A stretch of 63,963 bases of DNA, filler included, from Octopus bimaculoides (taxonomy: Eukaryota): assembly GCF_001194135.2 (NCBI RefSeq). It is 5 parts of 3 records of this genome, joined end to end, with 100 filler letters (N's around TTAATTAATTAA, not from the genome) between each part and the next. Parts side by side here need not be neighbours in the genome. Positions count along the whole stretch, not along the records: positions 24,974 to 54,894 come from NC_069005.1; 4 more parts are not named here. One strand, given 5' to 3'. The position numbers and the translations under genes were made by a program. Of this stretch, positions 38,401-52,679 are shown piece after piece (position 1 is the stretch's first letter; each line of letters opens with the position of its first letter). The notes beneath the pieces were generated by a model. The model was not told the DNA's origin. It saw only the letters and a list, made by a program, of their open reading frames with translations, and did no database searches.

Positions 38401-39110
38401 ACTGGTAATGGGAGCAGGCAGTGATCGCTGCAGTTGTTGTGTCTGTTGTTGTTCTTGTTGCTGTAGCTGCTGGTGGTGTTGTTGATGTAGATGTATTGTT
38501 GCGGGTGATATTTGGCAACCGTTGACAAAATACTGGAATTCGTCCACAAAAAATATACAATGATTCACTAATCATTTCTGCTCGATTTATTGAAAACATG
38601 TTCGCAAGAAGCGCAGAGCTTATCACTCTACTATGCTATTGTCCCGTATTCCCTAAATAACATCAGAAAATGTGTGGAAGTTACAACTATACGCGTACCC
38701 ATCAATTTCAGGTAACGTGGGTCTTTGTTACGCTTTAAACATCCCTTCCAAATATTCATACAGCACCGACGAACAATCCAGCTGTAGGGAAAATAATTAT
38801 ATTTTCAATCATCAACAGATGACTGATTTTGACAAGTTTTTCATTGTGTGGTCAGTCAAAACGCCCGTAGAATTACGCCGGCCGGAAATAACGGGGGAGA
38901 AATACACATCATTCTAATTGTCCTCACGTTCAGCCGTGTTTGTTGTTGTTGTTGTTGTTTCGTGATTAAAAGAACGTGGCTCCGAAAGATGTCAGAATGA
39001 ATAACAAACACTAACAAAAATACTATCGCAAATATTCTTATAACTACTACTACTACTACCACCACCACCACCACCATTACCACCACCACTACTACTATTA
39101 CTACTATTAC

Positions 39111-39154
<44 letters not shown>

Positions 39155-40459
39155 GTTGTTGTTATTTTGCTATTGTTAGGGCGTTGAGCGGCCAAAACTG
39201 TTAGCACGCCGGACAAAATGCTTGGCAGAATATTGTCAGTGTTTACGTTTTGATTTCAAATATTGTAGTGGTCGATCTTGCTTTTGGAGGCTATAAAAGG
39301 AGTACAGGCTAAATACCGGTTTCGATGGAATGAATTCGCCACCACCACACCCACCAGCGCCACCTCAGAAAATACTGGCATTGTGCTAAAATTTGAAATC
39401 ATCTTCCTCATGAACACCCACATCATCGTTATTATTTAATACAATTCTTTCTACTAAAGGAACTAGGCTTGACATTTTGTGGGAGATTACTAGTCGATTA
39501 CATCAAGCCCCGGACCAAAATAGTACTTCATTTATCGACCGCGAAAGGATGATTAGTAAACTCGGTCTCGGCGGAGCAGGGGAGGAAGAGGAGGGGAGGA
39601 GGAGGAGGAGNNNNNNNNNNNNNNNNNNNNNNNNNNNNNNNNNNNNNNNNNNNNNNNNNNNNNNNNNNNNNNNNNNNNNNNNNNNNNNNNNNNNNNNNNN
39701 NNNNNNNNNNNNNNNNNNNNNNNNNNNNNNNNNNNNNNNNNNNNNNNNNNNNNNNNNNNNNNNNNNNNNNNNNNNNNNNNNNNNNNNNNNNNNNNNNNNN
39801 NNNNNNNNNNNNGGTGGTGGTGGTGGTGGTGTGATGATGATGATGAGGAGGAGGAGGAGGAGGAGGAGGGGGATAATGATGATGATGATGATGATGATGA
39901 TTTTTTTTGTTTCTTTATTCGCTACTAGAACTATAAATCTGCCATTGCGGAATGCGAAGAAATAAATTATAGCGTGGAATGTGAAAAAAACAAGTTTACA
40001 AATTATGAAGATGATAAGTGACATTACAGAATATGTTTCATGATAAACACTCTTCCATACAAAAGTCTACTCATATATGAATCAATACACAGAAAGATGT
40101 GCATAATATATGCCACACTGAAACTGGTTTGAGAGAATTGTTGTTGGAAACCGTCACCTGCTTGCATTCCGTCTTAAGATCGGTGTAAACTCTGAGTTTT
40201 AATTTTACTCGCAAGCTATATTTTGCATGCTGTTTATATTCACTGTGTAATTCTAACCCTTTCGGGGAACTTGTGTCTCTTGGGATGTCTAAATATTCCA
40301 TTCATTGCTTGTTTGATTTTCCAATAGCGTTTTCGAGCACTTTATTACCTTTGTTATACTCTTAGGAGATATTTCACTGAGGTGGTCTTTCCACGAAAGA
40401 GCTTCAAATATCAGCGCAATGTCCGCAATTTTAGGACCTATTTCGACAAAAAAATTTGA

Positions 40460-40936
40460 ACTCAGAACATAAAGACAGACGAAATTCCATTTGGCATTTC
40501 TCCCGGCGTGCTAACGTTTCTTACTTCTTTATTGCCCACAAGGGGCTAAACAAAAAGGAGACAGACAAGGACAGACAAAGGAATTAAGTCGATTACATCG
40601 ACCCTAGTACGTAAATGGTACTTAATTTATCGACTCCAAAAAGATGAAAGGCGAAGTCGACCTCGCCGGAATTTGAACTCAGAACGTAACGGCAGACGAA
40701 ATACCTATTTCTTTACTGCCCACAAGGGGCTATACACAGAGGGGACAAACAAAGACAGACAAACGAATTAAGTCGATTATATCGACTCCCAGTGCGTAAC
40801 TGTTACTTATTTAATCGACCCCGAAAGGATGAAAGGCAAAGTCGACCTCGGCGGAATTTGAACTCAGAACGTAACGGCAGACGAAATACCGGTAAGCATT
40901 TCGCCCGGCATGCTAACATTTCTGCCAGCTCACCGC
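40460..40936 (-). mobile_element. SINE family A trimer
   Basis: Head-core-tail1, then truncated head-core-tail1, then a third partial head, with no spacer between units. Confidence 0.88.
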
Positions 40937-40938
40937 CA

Positions 40939-41167
40939 TTGGGCATTTATTTTCTATCACTACAATTGTTTCCACGCAACGTAGTTCTCCAAGCTTGCAG
41001 GTACTTGATAATGCAACCGTTTCTCTGCATTATGCGATCTAGTTGTGTTTCCTTTGGCGATATCTATATATTCTCTCCGTATGTTACGGTTACATAATCA
41101 AATACCTAAACGCCTAGAGAACTACGTTGCGAGGAAACAATTGTAGTGATAGAAAATAAATGTCCAA
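40939..41167. mobile_element. 229-bp foldback/MITE-like element with 51-bp terminal inverted repeats
   Basis: 40939-40989 is the reverse complement of 41117-41167 with 2 mismatches; no clear TSD. Confidence 0.75.
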
Positions 41168-41362
41168 CCGTACTCTATGTTGACTCCGAATTTGTACAAT
41201 TATTTTTTTCAAGTACGTATTCGCACACAACAGTTGACCAAACGCAAATCCGGATGCATAATACTACACCTGGATAGCGCAGGGTAAATCGGAAGGTGGA
41301 TGAACTTTATACTGTACTCAGATACGTTCTTAACTGAATGTACCATAACAATATATGTGCAT

Positions 41363-41401
<39 letters not shown>

Positions 41402-42350
41402 TGTGTGTGTGTCTTTCTGTCTGTGTCTGTGTTATACCCACAGACATTCATTTCTATATCACTGAATGCCTATGAAATATAAATGAATATGCATACCTCC
41501 GTAGATGCATTAATGAAGGCAACGAACGAATGTAAGCAGGTATGCTCATATACACATGCATACATATATACATGCACCCTGAGCTACCAAGCTGAATTTT
41601 TTTGTGTTTTCTTTTTTAGAAACTGAAACCGACATTGAAAATGTTGCTTAGGTTACAGATCAACGTCTAGTTTCAAATATTGCGTCACCCCATAAGTGAA
41701 TATCCTGTTATTAGCCATAAACAAACTTGTAAATAATGAACTCAATTCAACTCATAAACGAGCATGGATGTGTTTACACAGCAAACCAACTGATCGGTTA
41801 AATGGCCCGTTTTATACGAAATCTTCTCATATTTAACAACAATCCTACGGAAGTTTAGTCTTGCAAAGCCTGTAAAACCCGAGCAAACAAAAGCTTTAAT
41901 TACGGACAAATTTTTGTGATTAGTATGGTTCTCATATTTCATCTTGATCTTCGAAAATCATTAAAAAAATCGTTGGCTTTCTTGGACAGACAATACAAAA
42001 TAATTCTTTTGAGGATTTATTAGAATATTGACCAGAGCTACAGTATTCATTTTGTTCACTTCACATGAAAGAAATTCGTTCGGTTTCTTCTCTTCTTTAT
42101 TTTCTTTTGCCCAATATAAACTTAGTTACCGATCTATGAATACTTTACACTAACTGACATTATTCATCTCCTTTGATTATGTTCTCTTAATCTGCCTATG
42201 TCTTGTATGTTTTGTATTTGCCATGCTCTTGTAAACAACAGGGTCGGATTTTATAGGTTTCCAATAAAGCATTTATTGATCAACTGCAATTCTGATGACA
42301 ACGAAGTTCACAACCATTATTTGTGTACTACGCGCTCTATATTGTGCGTA

Positions 42351-42451
<101 letters not shown>

Positions 42452-43520
42452 CATATATATGTAAAATTATACAAACGAATCTTCCTCGGTTGTACGTATT
42501 TGTAGGCAGTCAAAGCTCAATTATACATTTAGAACTTTGCAAATATTCCTCATTTGTGTGTAAAGTCTTTTCCGACTGAGAGTATGACAGGCACTATGTG
42601 GACTGTACTCATTAAGATACCTATAAATATTTCTCTGGTTAGGTCAAGGAATAATCTACCGTATCTTTGCCATACATATCGAAATTTACAGGCAAAGAAT
42701 GTAGGTCGACTTATACACCAGAACATATTTGGAGGAACCAACTTCCAATTGTAAATGCTGTAAGATTTGGAAATATTGTGACCCTGTTTTAACATTTCCA
42801 CTACATCCTTACACTGTATGATATGTCATACAGTGGGAAACTTTTAGAATCAGATAGTGATAATTGTGAGAAATTTGATGGGTTGAGATAGATATATGCG
42901 GTAGACAAGGACAAGACGAAATGTGTACATAATTACAAGTTGATATCACGTATAATATACAGGTACATGTATATTAGGCAAGCGTAGGTTTAGTAGATAT
43001 TATACACATATATCAGATGTCGCCATGATATATTTGCATATTGACTTACACACACTTATATTTACCACCATACACACATTCTTATATAGTCTGGAAATTT
43101 CAAAAGTTAAGTCAGAATATCATATCTATTTAATTGTCCGATATGTTCGAAAATCTTGCATTTAACAACAGTTGTCCGTCAGTTTTATAGTACAATGCCT
43201 GTAAATACTGAGCAAGCTAAATTTTCAATGAAGGTGAATTTAGTGTAAATACATTTGTTGTTGGATACGAATGTATTTTTGTCCATCATAAAATATTTGC
43301 TTTCGCGGAATGCGAATTCCTCTGGATTTATTAGAATCTTCGCCAGTAGAACGATTTTCATCTCATTTCATTCGCCTGAATGACCTTTGAATCGTATTTA
43401 TTCAATTTTTCTCTTTTCACTTTTGTTTTCATTCTCTATATTAATGTAAAGTGAGTTATAAATTCATTTGCATTTTACACTAAATGACTCATATCAGCAC
43501 CGCATGTTGTTTGATGAAGC

Positions 43521-43597
<77 letters not shown>

Positions 43598-43976
43598 GCA
43601 TATATATATATATGTATATGTATATATATATGTGTGTGTGTATGTATCTATATGTATTTACATATATATTACAAATAAATATATATGCATTATATATATT
43701 ATTATTATAAATATATATATATGTGTATGTATATATACATATATACATATATATACAAATATGCATAAATATATACATATATATATGTATATATACATAC
43801 ATGCGATCGCATACACACACACAAACACGCACGAAAACATATATATCAGTTTTTTTGTGAAAAACGCGTCGTCGGCACAAGATTTCAAACGGACTAATCT
43901 TTGGTTCATTACATTCTCGATGGTGAGGATGACAAGAGTAGTTTATGCACTTATCCTTTGAAGTGCGCCCCCCCCA

Positions 43977-44017
<41 letters not shown>

Positions 44018-46097
44018 NNNNNNNNNNNNNNNNNNNNNNNNNNNNNNNNNNNNNNNNNNNNNNNNNNNNNNNNNNNNNNNNNNNNNNNNNNNNNNNNNNN
44101 NNNNNNNNNNNNNNNNNNNNNNNNNNNNNNNNNNNNNNNNNNNNNNNNNNNNNNNNNNNNNNNNNNNNNNNNNNNNNNNNNNNNNNNNNNNNNNNNNNNN
44201 NNNNNNNNNNNNNNNNNNNNNNNNNNNNNNNNNNNNNNNNNNNNNNNNNNNNNNNNNNNNNNNNNNNNNNNNNNNNNNNNNNNNNNNNNNNNNNNNNNNN
44301 NNNNNNNNNNNNNNNNNNNNNNNNNNNNATATATATATGTATATATCTATCTATCAATAAATGTATTCAGAAGAGCCTTAGCCATTGAAATCTACATAAA
44401 TATTCAAAACAACAAACAAAATACTTATTCCGACGTCGCAATATGCGAAACGCAAACCATATCATATAACACAGATGCTTCTGTGTTCAGTCCTACTGCG
44501 GGGCACCTTGGGCGAGCGTATTCTGCTATAGCAACGGGCCAACCAAAGCCTTGTAGGTGGATTTGGTAGGCGCAGACGGAAAGAAGCACGTCGCATATGT
44601 GTATATATACATATAGATTTATATAAATTAAATTAAAACAGTAGGGTAAAAAAATTGGATATTAATTAATATCAATTTAATACTCAGAAATGTTGGGGAT
44701 ATTTGTATTGTTCCACATAATGAGACCTCTTTAATTAACGCATGACATCAATATAGCAACAACGTGTAAAACCTCCGTTACGTTATACATGCTCAATGGA
44801 TAAAGGTGCTGAGCTATATTCCCAGGAAATAAAAAAAAAGGAACGATATATAGTTATCTGCTTTAAAAGCTCTTGGAAGGCCTGGCGCCATCACCAAGCA
44901 ATGAATGCCAATGAATTGTTGAAAGAAATCATCTCTCACTATTGAGTATCACAGCATTCTATTGCAAAATAATTAAACGATATGGCTATTTAACATTTCA
45001 TACGTGGTGTACATGTCAATACTTGCAAAAAAGATTGTACGTGCTGTTGCGCATAACGACCGATAATTTTGTTGCACAGCAAGAGATACACATAAAACAG
45101 GTACGGTTGAAAACCTCTCATTCATCACACATTCATTACAAGTGTGAAATATATTTCCTGGCAATGCTCCAGTGTATGTACAATAAGACGGCTGTAACCA
45201 AATAGATAGTAAAAGAATATATCATATTAATTAATGCCATTGACTTTATTTCTCATAAGAATTTAATAGCAATTAAAAATTAGTTTCGGTCCAGCACGTC
45301 AAATAGGGTCGCTTTTATTTAAATATAATGTTTATGCACAAGGGAATTTGGGAAATTATCCAATGTCGTTATTTTTAATTTGCTCAATCGCTGAATATTC
45401 TCTGCACCAATTACATTTTCTATTAGATGTTGTGAGATCTTGGCAACCATTAATTGAAGCAGCCTTTGCTGAGATTACACAATAAGATAGAAACATGTTT
45501 GGTGTGGTAAACGTTGCAGGTAATGGGCAGATGAGATACGGTTACTTACAAATCCCGATTTTTGTTTTTAGTTTTGTTAATCTGTTTTAAACTTCTAACT
45601 GCTATCTCTTTAACAAGATTATTTTTTTTTTAATCTTAATATGGCAAAGATTTTAAAATTATATTTACTTCGATTTACCACTGCAACTTTTAAATACAAG
45701 TAAATACATACTTTACACCCACGCAGCTAGACACACGCAAATATCTATATCTGCAGAAAATTTTCTCTCTCTAACACTGCCCCTAATCAATTCTCTCTAT
45801 TGTTTAGAGAAAAAATGCCGAACGTCTTTTAGTTTAATTTTTAAGTGAATTTACATTAACAGTTTTTTTAAAATCTTGAGTTTCTCTAGATCAGGAACCC
45901 ACAACGAATGGAATATGTTACTATTCACGACTACGAAAAGTGTAATAAAAGAATTAAATGGAAATCATGTATGCCTTGTTCACACTTTGATAAGCATTTC
46001 TCAACAGTGGGAATAAAAAGATACTTAGACGCGATTCTCTCCCCTTAAGTAGTATACACACAATCTTTCTTGCCATAAATAGTATTTCCTGATTAAT

Positions 46098-46215
46098 GGA
46101 GGCGCAATGGCCCAGTGGTTAGGGCAGCGGATTCGCCCTCGTAGGATCGCGGTTTCGATTCCCAGGCCCGGCGTTGTGAGTGTTTGTTGAGCGAAAACAC
46201 CTAAAGCTCCACGAG
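46098..46215 (+). mobile_element. SINE family B2 5' part (tRNA-like head); longer copies at 58403-58617 (-) and 60663-61022 (-)
   Basis: ggaggcgcaatggcccagtggttagggcagcgga...tttcgattccca head shared by all three copies. Confidence 0.85.
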
Positions 46216-47324
46216 AGACAGACAAACAGACAGATCGATGGCAGATGTAGACATATGGGCTGGTTTCTCTTATCAATTTGGAGGGCGTCAGCAGCTTTGG
46301 ATTGAGTTCCTATTTTCTTCCATTTTTTTTTGTTGCACTCACTTCCTCACGCGTTGTTCCTCGATTTTTCTCATTTTCTTTCTGTCCAGCATCCATGTGC
46401 CACGTGGTTGGACTGTACCCAGAACCTCGAGGATTAGAAACAAACATCTTACCCCACTGTCACGCTCATAAGACCGCCAGTCGTTACTTTCGAGGCCGAT
46501 TCACTCTGTAGCAGAAAACACCCAGTAAGTGCAGAAGAATGTTAAAAAGAATACTACCACCCCGCTGGTTATTATAACTGGTTAAGATTGCGTAACACGT
46601 GATAGAACAACCTTGCTGAAGGAAACATCTCGGCTGTATACGTTATGAATAGTTAAACATATGACCTAATGTTCTTCGGCCAAACACGCTAACCAGTAGG
46701 GCACATTCCTACACGTATAAAATACTACTCGCTAGGAAACATCAAGTAACGTAATAAGACCCTTAAGGGTTGCTAAATCATAAAATAAATATTTTAGAAG
46801 CCAAATAATAATACTTGAAATTGTGCTACGTTAACAACATCCGCTTACTTTCCTCGAAACCATTAATTCATTATGTACCAAATGTTGCAGAGACATTACT
46901 TATTCGATTCTATATATCAGAGCCAGCTTTTAATCGATCTTTTAAAGGTATATTTGATAATTTTATTTCCACTAACCATCCATCACATTTCTCGGATTTT
47001 ATGTTAACGTATTTATTTTGTCTTTAATTTTAACTTACAACTTTAAGTTAAATATACTACTTTGCGAAACCTTGCAAATTATAGTATTAAATTCCAAATG
47101 AATGCGTAATACACGCACTCATAGATGTATATCTACACACATCTATTCATGTCTCTGTGTTTCTGTGTCTATGTGTGTGTGAATATATATACATATAGGC
47201 TTGTACATGTGTGTGTGATTTTGAGTATAATTATTTGAGTATATAGATAAGCATGCACATAAGTACGCTTACCCATTCTCTAATCAACGCTACACAAGCA
47301 CATACATAAGTGCTGATATGTATA

Positions 47325-47355
<31 letters not shown>

Positions 47356-48714
47356 TTATTTATTTATTTATTTATGCATACATGTGTATGTGTGTGTAAG
47401 TATATATATACGTGTATACGTATATGTACATTCATATATTCATACATACATACATCATACATACATATATAAATAAATAAAATTAAGGAAAGTAACATAC
47501 ACTTTTATAACCTTCTACAATATGAATTAAGTATTTGCTGCAAACCACATAATGGTATGTGTTTTTAAACTGTAACTTTTTTTTATTTTATTTAATCACA
47601 GATTGTAATCCAAAAAGGAATTTTTTCCGAAGACCCACATCATCTTTTTGGATATAAGCCAAAACAATTTCCACTTCCCAACTGAATACGTTTTGAAAAG
47701 TTACAATTAACAATTTTACCTAAGCACTATAATATACATCTTGATAATTATTGATGTAAATTCACCGTGTATGTTTCTTGTGAGTTTGAATTTGTATACC
47801 TTTCAATATACGTGCATATATTTATACAAAAACATGCAACAATTGAAAATTTCTGGCCTAGAGTTCAATAGAGTGTTAAGGATCTTTGATCTGAATAGAA
47901 TTTGTGCTCTTTCAGCCAAACAAAGCCTGCATTTATTCGATCCATTCACATAAGGTATGAATTTCTTACTTCCCTTCCATTTAATCACATGCAATGTTTC
48001 GTTGCCTCTCAAAGTCCATATCTAGCTAGCCAACACAGCAGCTTTATTTTAGAAATTTTTGTAGGTCCCGCACTACGTCCATGCGTTAATATGTGACAGT
48101 ATTTTTGCACCGAAAATCAAGGCTGAGCAGTTAGAATGAACATGTCTAGTGACAGTCTCAAAATATGGTTTCTCCAAATTATTTTGTCGTGTGGTAGAGT
48201 AGGCAGGAGCTGTTTCTATGTAGCCTAATAGTTGAATTGGTATAAGTTGTTTCTATGTATGCAAGCATCAAAGTTAGATATTAAATGTGTTTTTCATAAC
48301 CATTCAATACCTATGTATACGTAGAATCAGCCACTTAGCAGTCATGATTGTATCACAAGTTTAGGTTGTTAGCTGTCTCAATTCAACATGTCAAACGGTA
48401 AAATATGTTTGTGCCTGAATAGTTCTTCGTGAATGTATTTTGTTAAAGTTTATACAATTCAGTCTTCGTTTCTACTTTTCTATGAAGAGATTTTCTTTGT
48501 TCATCCTTGTATTAGTGAATACATATGCTTAATGTATATGCAGTGTGTATTTTCAACTGGCTGCACTAGCACGGTGAAGTATATATACCCTCAAAGTGCT
48601 TAGTGTTAAAGCACCTTACAGTCATAGACAGGTGAGATAACTTCAATACCATTTGGTTGTGATGCACATCGAATGTTTCTCCATTTTTGTGACTTGTTAA
48701 TATTAGGTACCTGG

Positions 48715-49090
48715 GCGGCGAGGTGGCAGAAACATCAGCACACCGGGTGAAATGGTTAGCAGTATTTCGTCGGCCCTTACGTTCTGAGTTCAAATTCCAC
48801 CAAGATCGACTTTGCCTTTCATCCTTTCGGGGTCGATAAAGTACCAGTTACGCACTGGGTCGATGTAATCGACTTAATCTGTTTGTCTGTCCTTGTTTGT
48901 CTCCTCTCTGTGTGGCCCCTTGTGGGTAGTAAAGAGAGAAGAAACGTCAGCACACGGGCCGAAATACTTAGCGGTATTTCGTCTGAGTTCAAATTCCAGC
49001 AAAGTCGACCTTGCCTTTCGGGGTCGATTAAATACGTACCAGTTACCCCCTTTGTCTGTCCTTGTTTGTCCCAGCAATAAAGAAATAAAT
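48715..49090 (+). mobile_element. SINE family A dimer; further family A copies at about 25140, 39180, 39465, 50085, 50400, 53680, 58735 and 59695
   Basis: Tail 1 joined directly to agaaacgtcagcac, as at 21721 and 40510. Confidence 0.85.
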
Positions 49091-49992
49091 ATCACGTTGA
49101 AGGTAAGTCACCTAGCCAGTCCACTTGTAAAGTCTTGAGCTGACGATCCTGAAAATTGGTAGGTGACTTTCTTTCAACGTTAGAGGGCACGTGATGTTGA
49201 TAAGCCACAAAAATGACAAAACACCCGATGTTCATCACTCCGAAATGGGACTAAATGTGCGCTAACTCACCCCCACGGCACTGAGTGCTTTTAACACACA
49301 GCACTTTGAGAGTGTAAATACTCTGCCACACCATTACAGCCACCGGAAAATACACAGACTATATGTCGTAATGATGTGTATACGTAATTAATCGATAGTT
49401 ATTACACCAGAGCTGCTATTATTTTATATATTTATATATAGATGTGATATGTAAACATTACCACATACATACTTATACTCTAGTATATTTGCTGAAACCA
49501 TAAGAAATCTTACAATAGAGGATTGAGACTTTAAAGTATACAATCTGATTAATTATAAATAATATATTGATGCAATAATTAGATAAACACATTTATACTG
49601 ATAATTGAAATATCTATACGCATAGATACTTACATGTATCAGGTAGCTATTGTAATATGAAAAATACTCGGAAAAATAACGCAAATTCACCAATAAACAA
49701 AACAACCGAACCATTTTGCTGCCAGAACAAAACATTCGACAAGATAGAAACAAAATATTCTTTCGAAGACAAATTTAATTATAAATTCACGCAAACAAAA
49801 TTTTAATTCTTTTTATTGTCATTGCTGCCTTCAATTTTGCCTTTGTTATTATTATTAATAGCAAAAAACATTGTTGTTGTAATTATTATCATTATTATTA
49901 TTATTATTATTATTTTATGTTTCACTTTTGCTTTGCATTTGTACATGTTGGATCCAAGTCTGACCCAGAGACCTCAAGAGACAACACGCTAG

Positions 49993-50082
<90 letters not shown>

Positions 50083-50282
50083 GTCAGTGAGCTAGCAGAA
50101 TCGTTAGCACAGTGGTGGAGAAAGTTCTTAGCGGTATTTCGCCCGTCGCTACGTTCTGAGTTCGAATTCCGCTGAGAGCGGCTTTGCCTGTCATCCTTCG
50201 GAGTAGTGAAAGACTGGGGTCGATGTAATCAACAAGTCCTCCCCCCCCCCAAATTTGAGGCCTTATACCACCATTAGAAAGG

Positions 50283-50313
<31 letters not shown>

Positions 50314-51095
50314 TCATAATCATTATTATTATTATTATTACTATTATTATGTTCCTGTTGTCTTCGTCGTCGTCGTCGTCTTCACCGTAGTTGTTATTTT
50401 TAAGGCGGTAAGCTCAAACGCCGGACAAAATGCTTAGCGGCATTTCATCTATTTTTAAGTTCTGCATTTTAATTCGGGAAAGGTTGAGTCGGCTCTTCAT
50501 TATTTCGGGGTCCATAAAATAAGAACATGTCAAGTACTGGAGTCGATGTTAATCCACTTGCACAAAGTGTAGCTTGTTGTGCCGTTAGTAGAAAACGTTG
50601 TTAATGTGATTACTAGTAATAATGTTAGCGAAAATGATTGCCACAAAACAAAAGGCGTAATTAATAATGAAGAAACAAGCACTTGTGAATGCAATCATTG
50701 CAAACGGTATTGTTGTGGTAGAATAACGTTGCTCTGAATATGATATGTAAATTAGTTTATTATGGAAAATGTACTTACTTATCGTAATAGTTTCGTCGAT
50801 GTGGCTTTTCTGTTGAGTAGTTCAGAATAACGTAGATAATTTTATAGTTCCTTTGCCAATGATATAATATTACAAACAAATCCATATTATCTTTTTTCCA
50901 CCTGATCAAGCAAAAGTAAAATTAATTTAATCCTAAATTCATGCACATATATAATTGGGTGGGCCCGATGTGAGTGTTGTGTGTGATATGAAATAAAATT
51001 TAGAACGGATTAATAATTTACATATTATATATATACGTGTATGTATGTAGGTATGCATATATATTTGTGCGTGTGTGCATGTATGTGTTTGTATG

Positions 51096-51151
<56 letters not shown>

Positions 51152-52566
51152 GAGAGAGAGAGTGAGAGGGAGAGAGGGAGAGAGAGAGAGTGTGAGAGAG
51201 AGAGTGAGAGGGAGAGAGTGAGGGAGAGAGAGAGTGAGAGAATAGTGCGAAAGAGATGCTCATGTATGATTTTCGCATATATGTACAGCTGTTGGTGAGT
51301 GAGTAGAATCGTTAGAGTCTCACAGAAAATGCTTTGCGTTATTTGTTCCTAGTCTCTAGTATCTGAGACCAACTGTGCCCCCCATTCGTTGAGTATTAGC
51401 TGAATTGCGTTGGAGTGTTTTCCCTGCATCGAAGTCTATATCTTCTGCAGAAATGTATACATGTTAGAATCTGTTTTGCTTGTTATAACAAATCTGCATC
51501 CAAATTGTTCGATTCTATTCTATCGCGGTTTCACTTTACTACGAACACTTACAAATATGTCTTTGTACACATACGCTAAATTCCATACACGTCAGTGTTT
51601 TTTCTTGTATACACCTGCCAGGTTTTCATGCGAACATATATCACAAGTTGGACTACGTTGGAATGTAGGCGTTTTATTGAGGCTTTTTGTTCATAATTCC
51701 GTTCTGCTTAGCATATACACTTTATAAATCTCTTAAGGTTTCAGACTTTTCTCGTCTCATCAAAATGCACGGCAGTGCAACTTTTCTTACTCTGCCGTAT
51801 TTAGATATAGATCATGTATGTACACCTATAGCACATACATCACCGATGCTGGATAGAACATTAACTGATAATTAATTAATTAATTAATTAATTAATTAAT
51901 CAATTAATTGTATTCTGGTAGATTTCACGGCTTCGTGTATAAATGTCGTATCTGTCGGGAATTATTTTGTTTTCTACTAATAAAATTTAGAACGTTACCC
52001 TTCAATTTGTATTATGGAGTTCGATATTTGAAACCCTTGGTGCCAATCAAAGTTTTCATTTAATTCTATTCCGTATAGAGTATTATATGTTCTTGCATAG
52101 GACGTTGTAAATCCATTGCAATCGAGGGGGGAAATGTCACTATGTGTATCCAATGTAAACGTTTGGGATATGAAGTTTACAAATTTTCGATTTGCATTGA
52201 AACATAGTTGTTATATTTAATATCCCAATTATTTTCTCTGGTGTGCAACTTTGTGGCTTCACGTTGACAAAAATCAGTTTAATTCTGTTACTTCATTATT
52301 ACATTTTCACTGCTAGTTTGTGCTCTCGGTTTATACATATTGTGTTCTAGTGTATGAAATTTATAATGGCGTTCTCAACCCAACTCTGACTAGAATACAT
52401 TAAATTCAAGTAGTACATCCTATGTGTGATTTATGCGTTTCTAATTGTGCTGAATATATAGCATCTGCATGAGAATGCATGGATTTATTTCCTGTTCACC
52501 TTTAAGATTATCAACCTGTTATTTTCCCGATAAATTATATAATTAGCTTTGCAGTTACAGATGAAG

Positions 52567-52626
<60 letters not shown>

Positions 52627-52643
52627 AGAAATATGTGTAGTGT

Positions 52644-52679
<36 letters not shown>

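Noticed and set aside
46098-46170. tRNA-like sequences with A and B boxes (also at 21493, 58550 and 60950)
   Set aside because: They continue into SINE bodies and lack a clean cloverleaf and acceptor stem; SINE heads, not tRNA genes.
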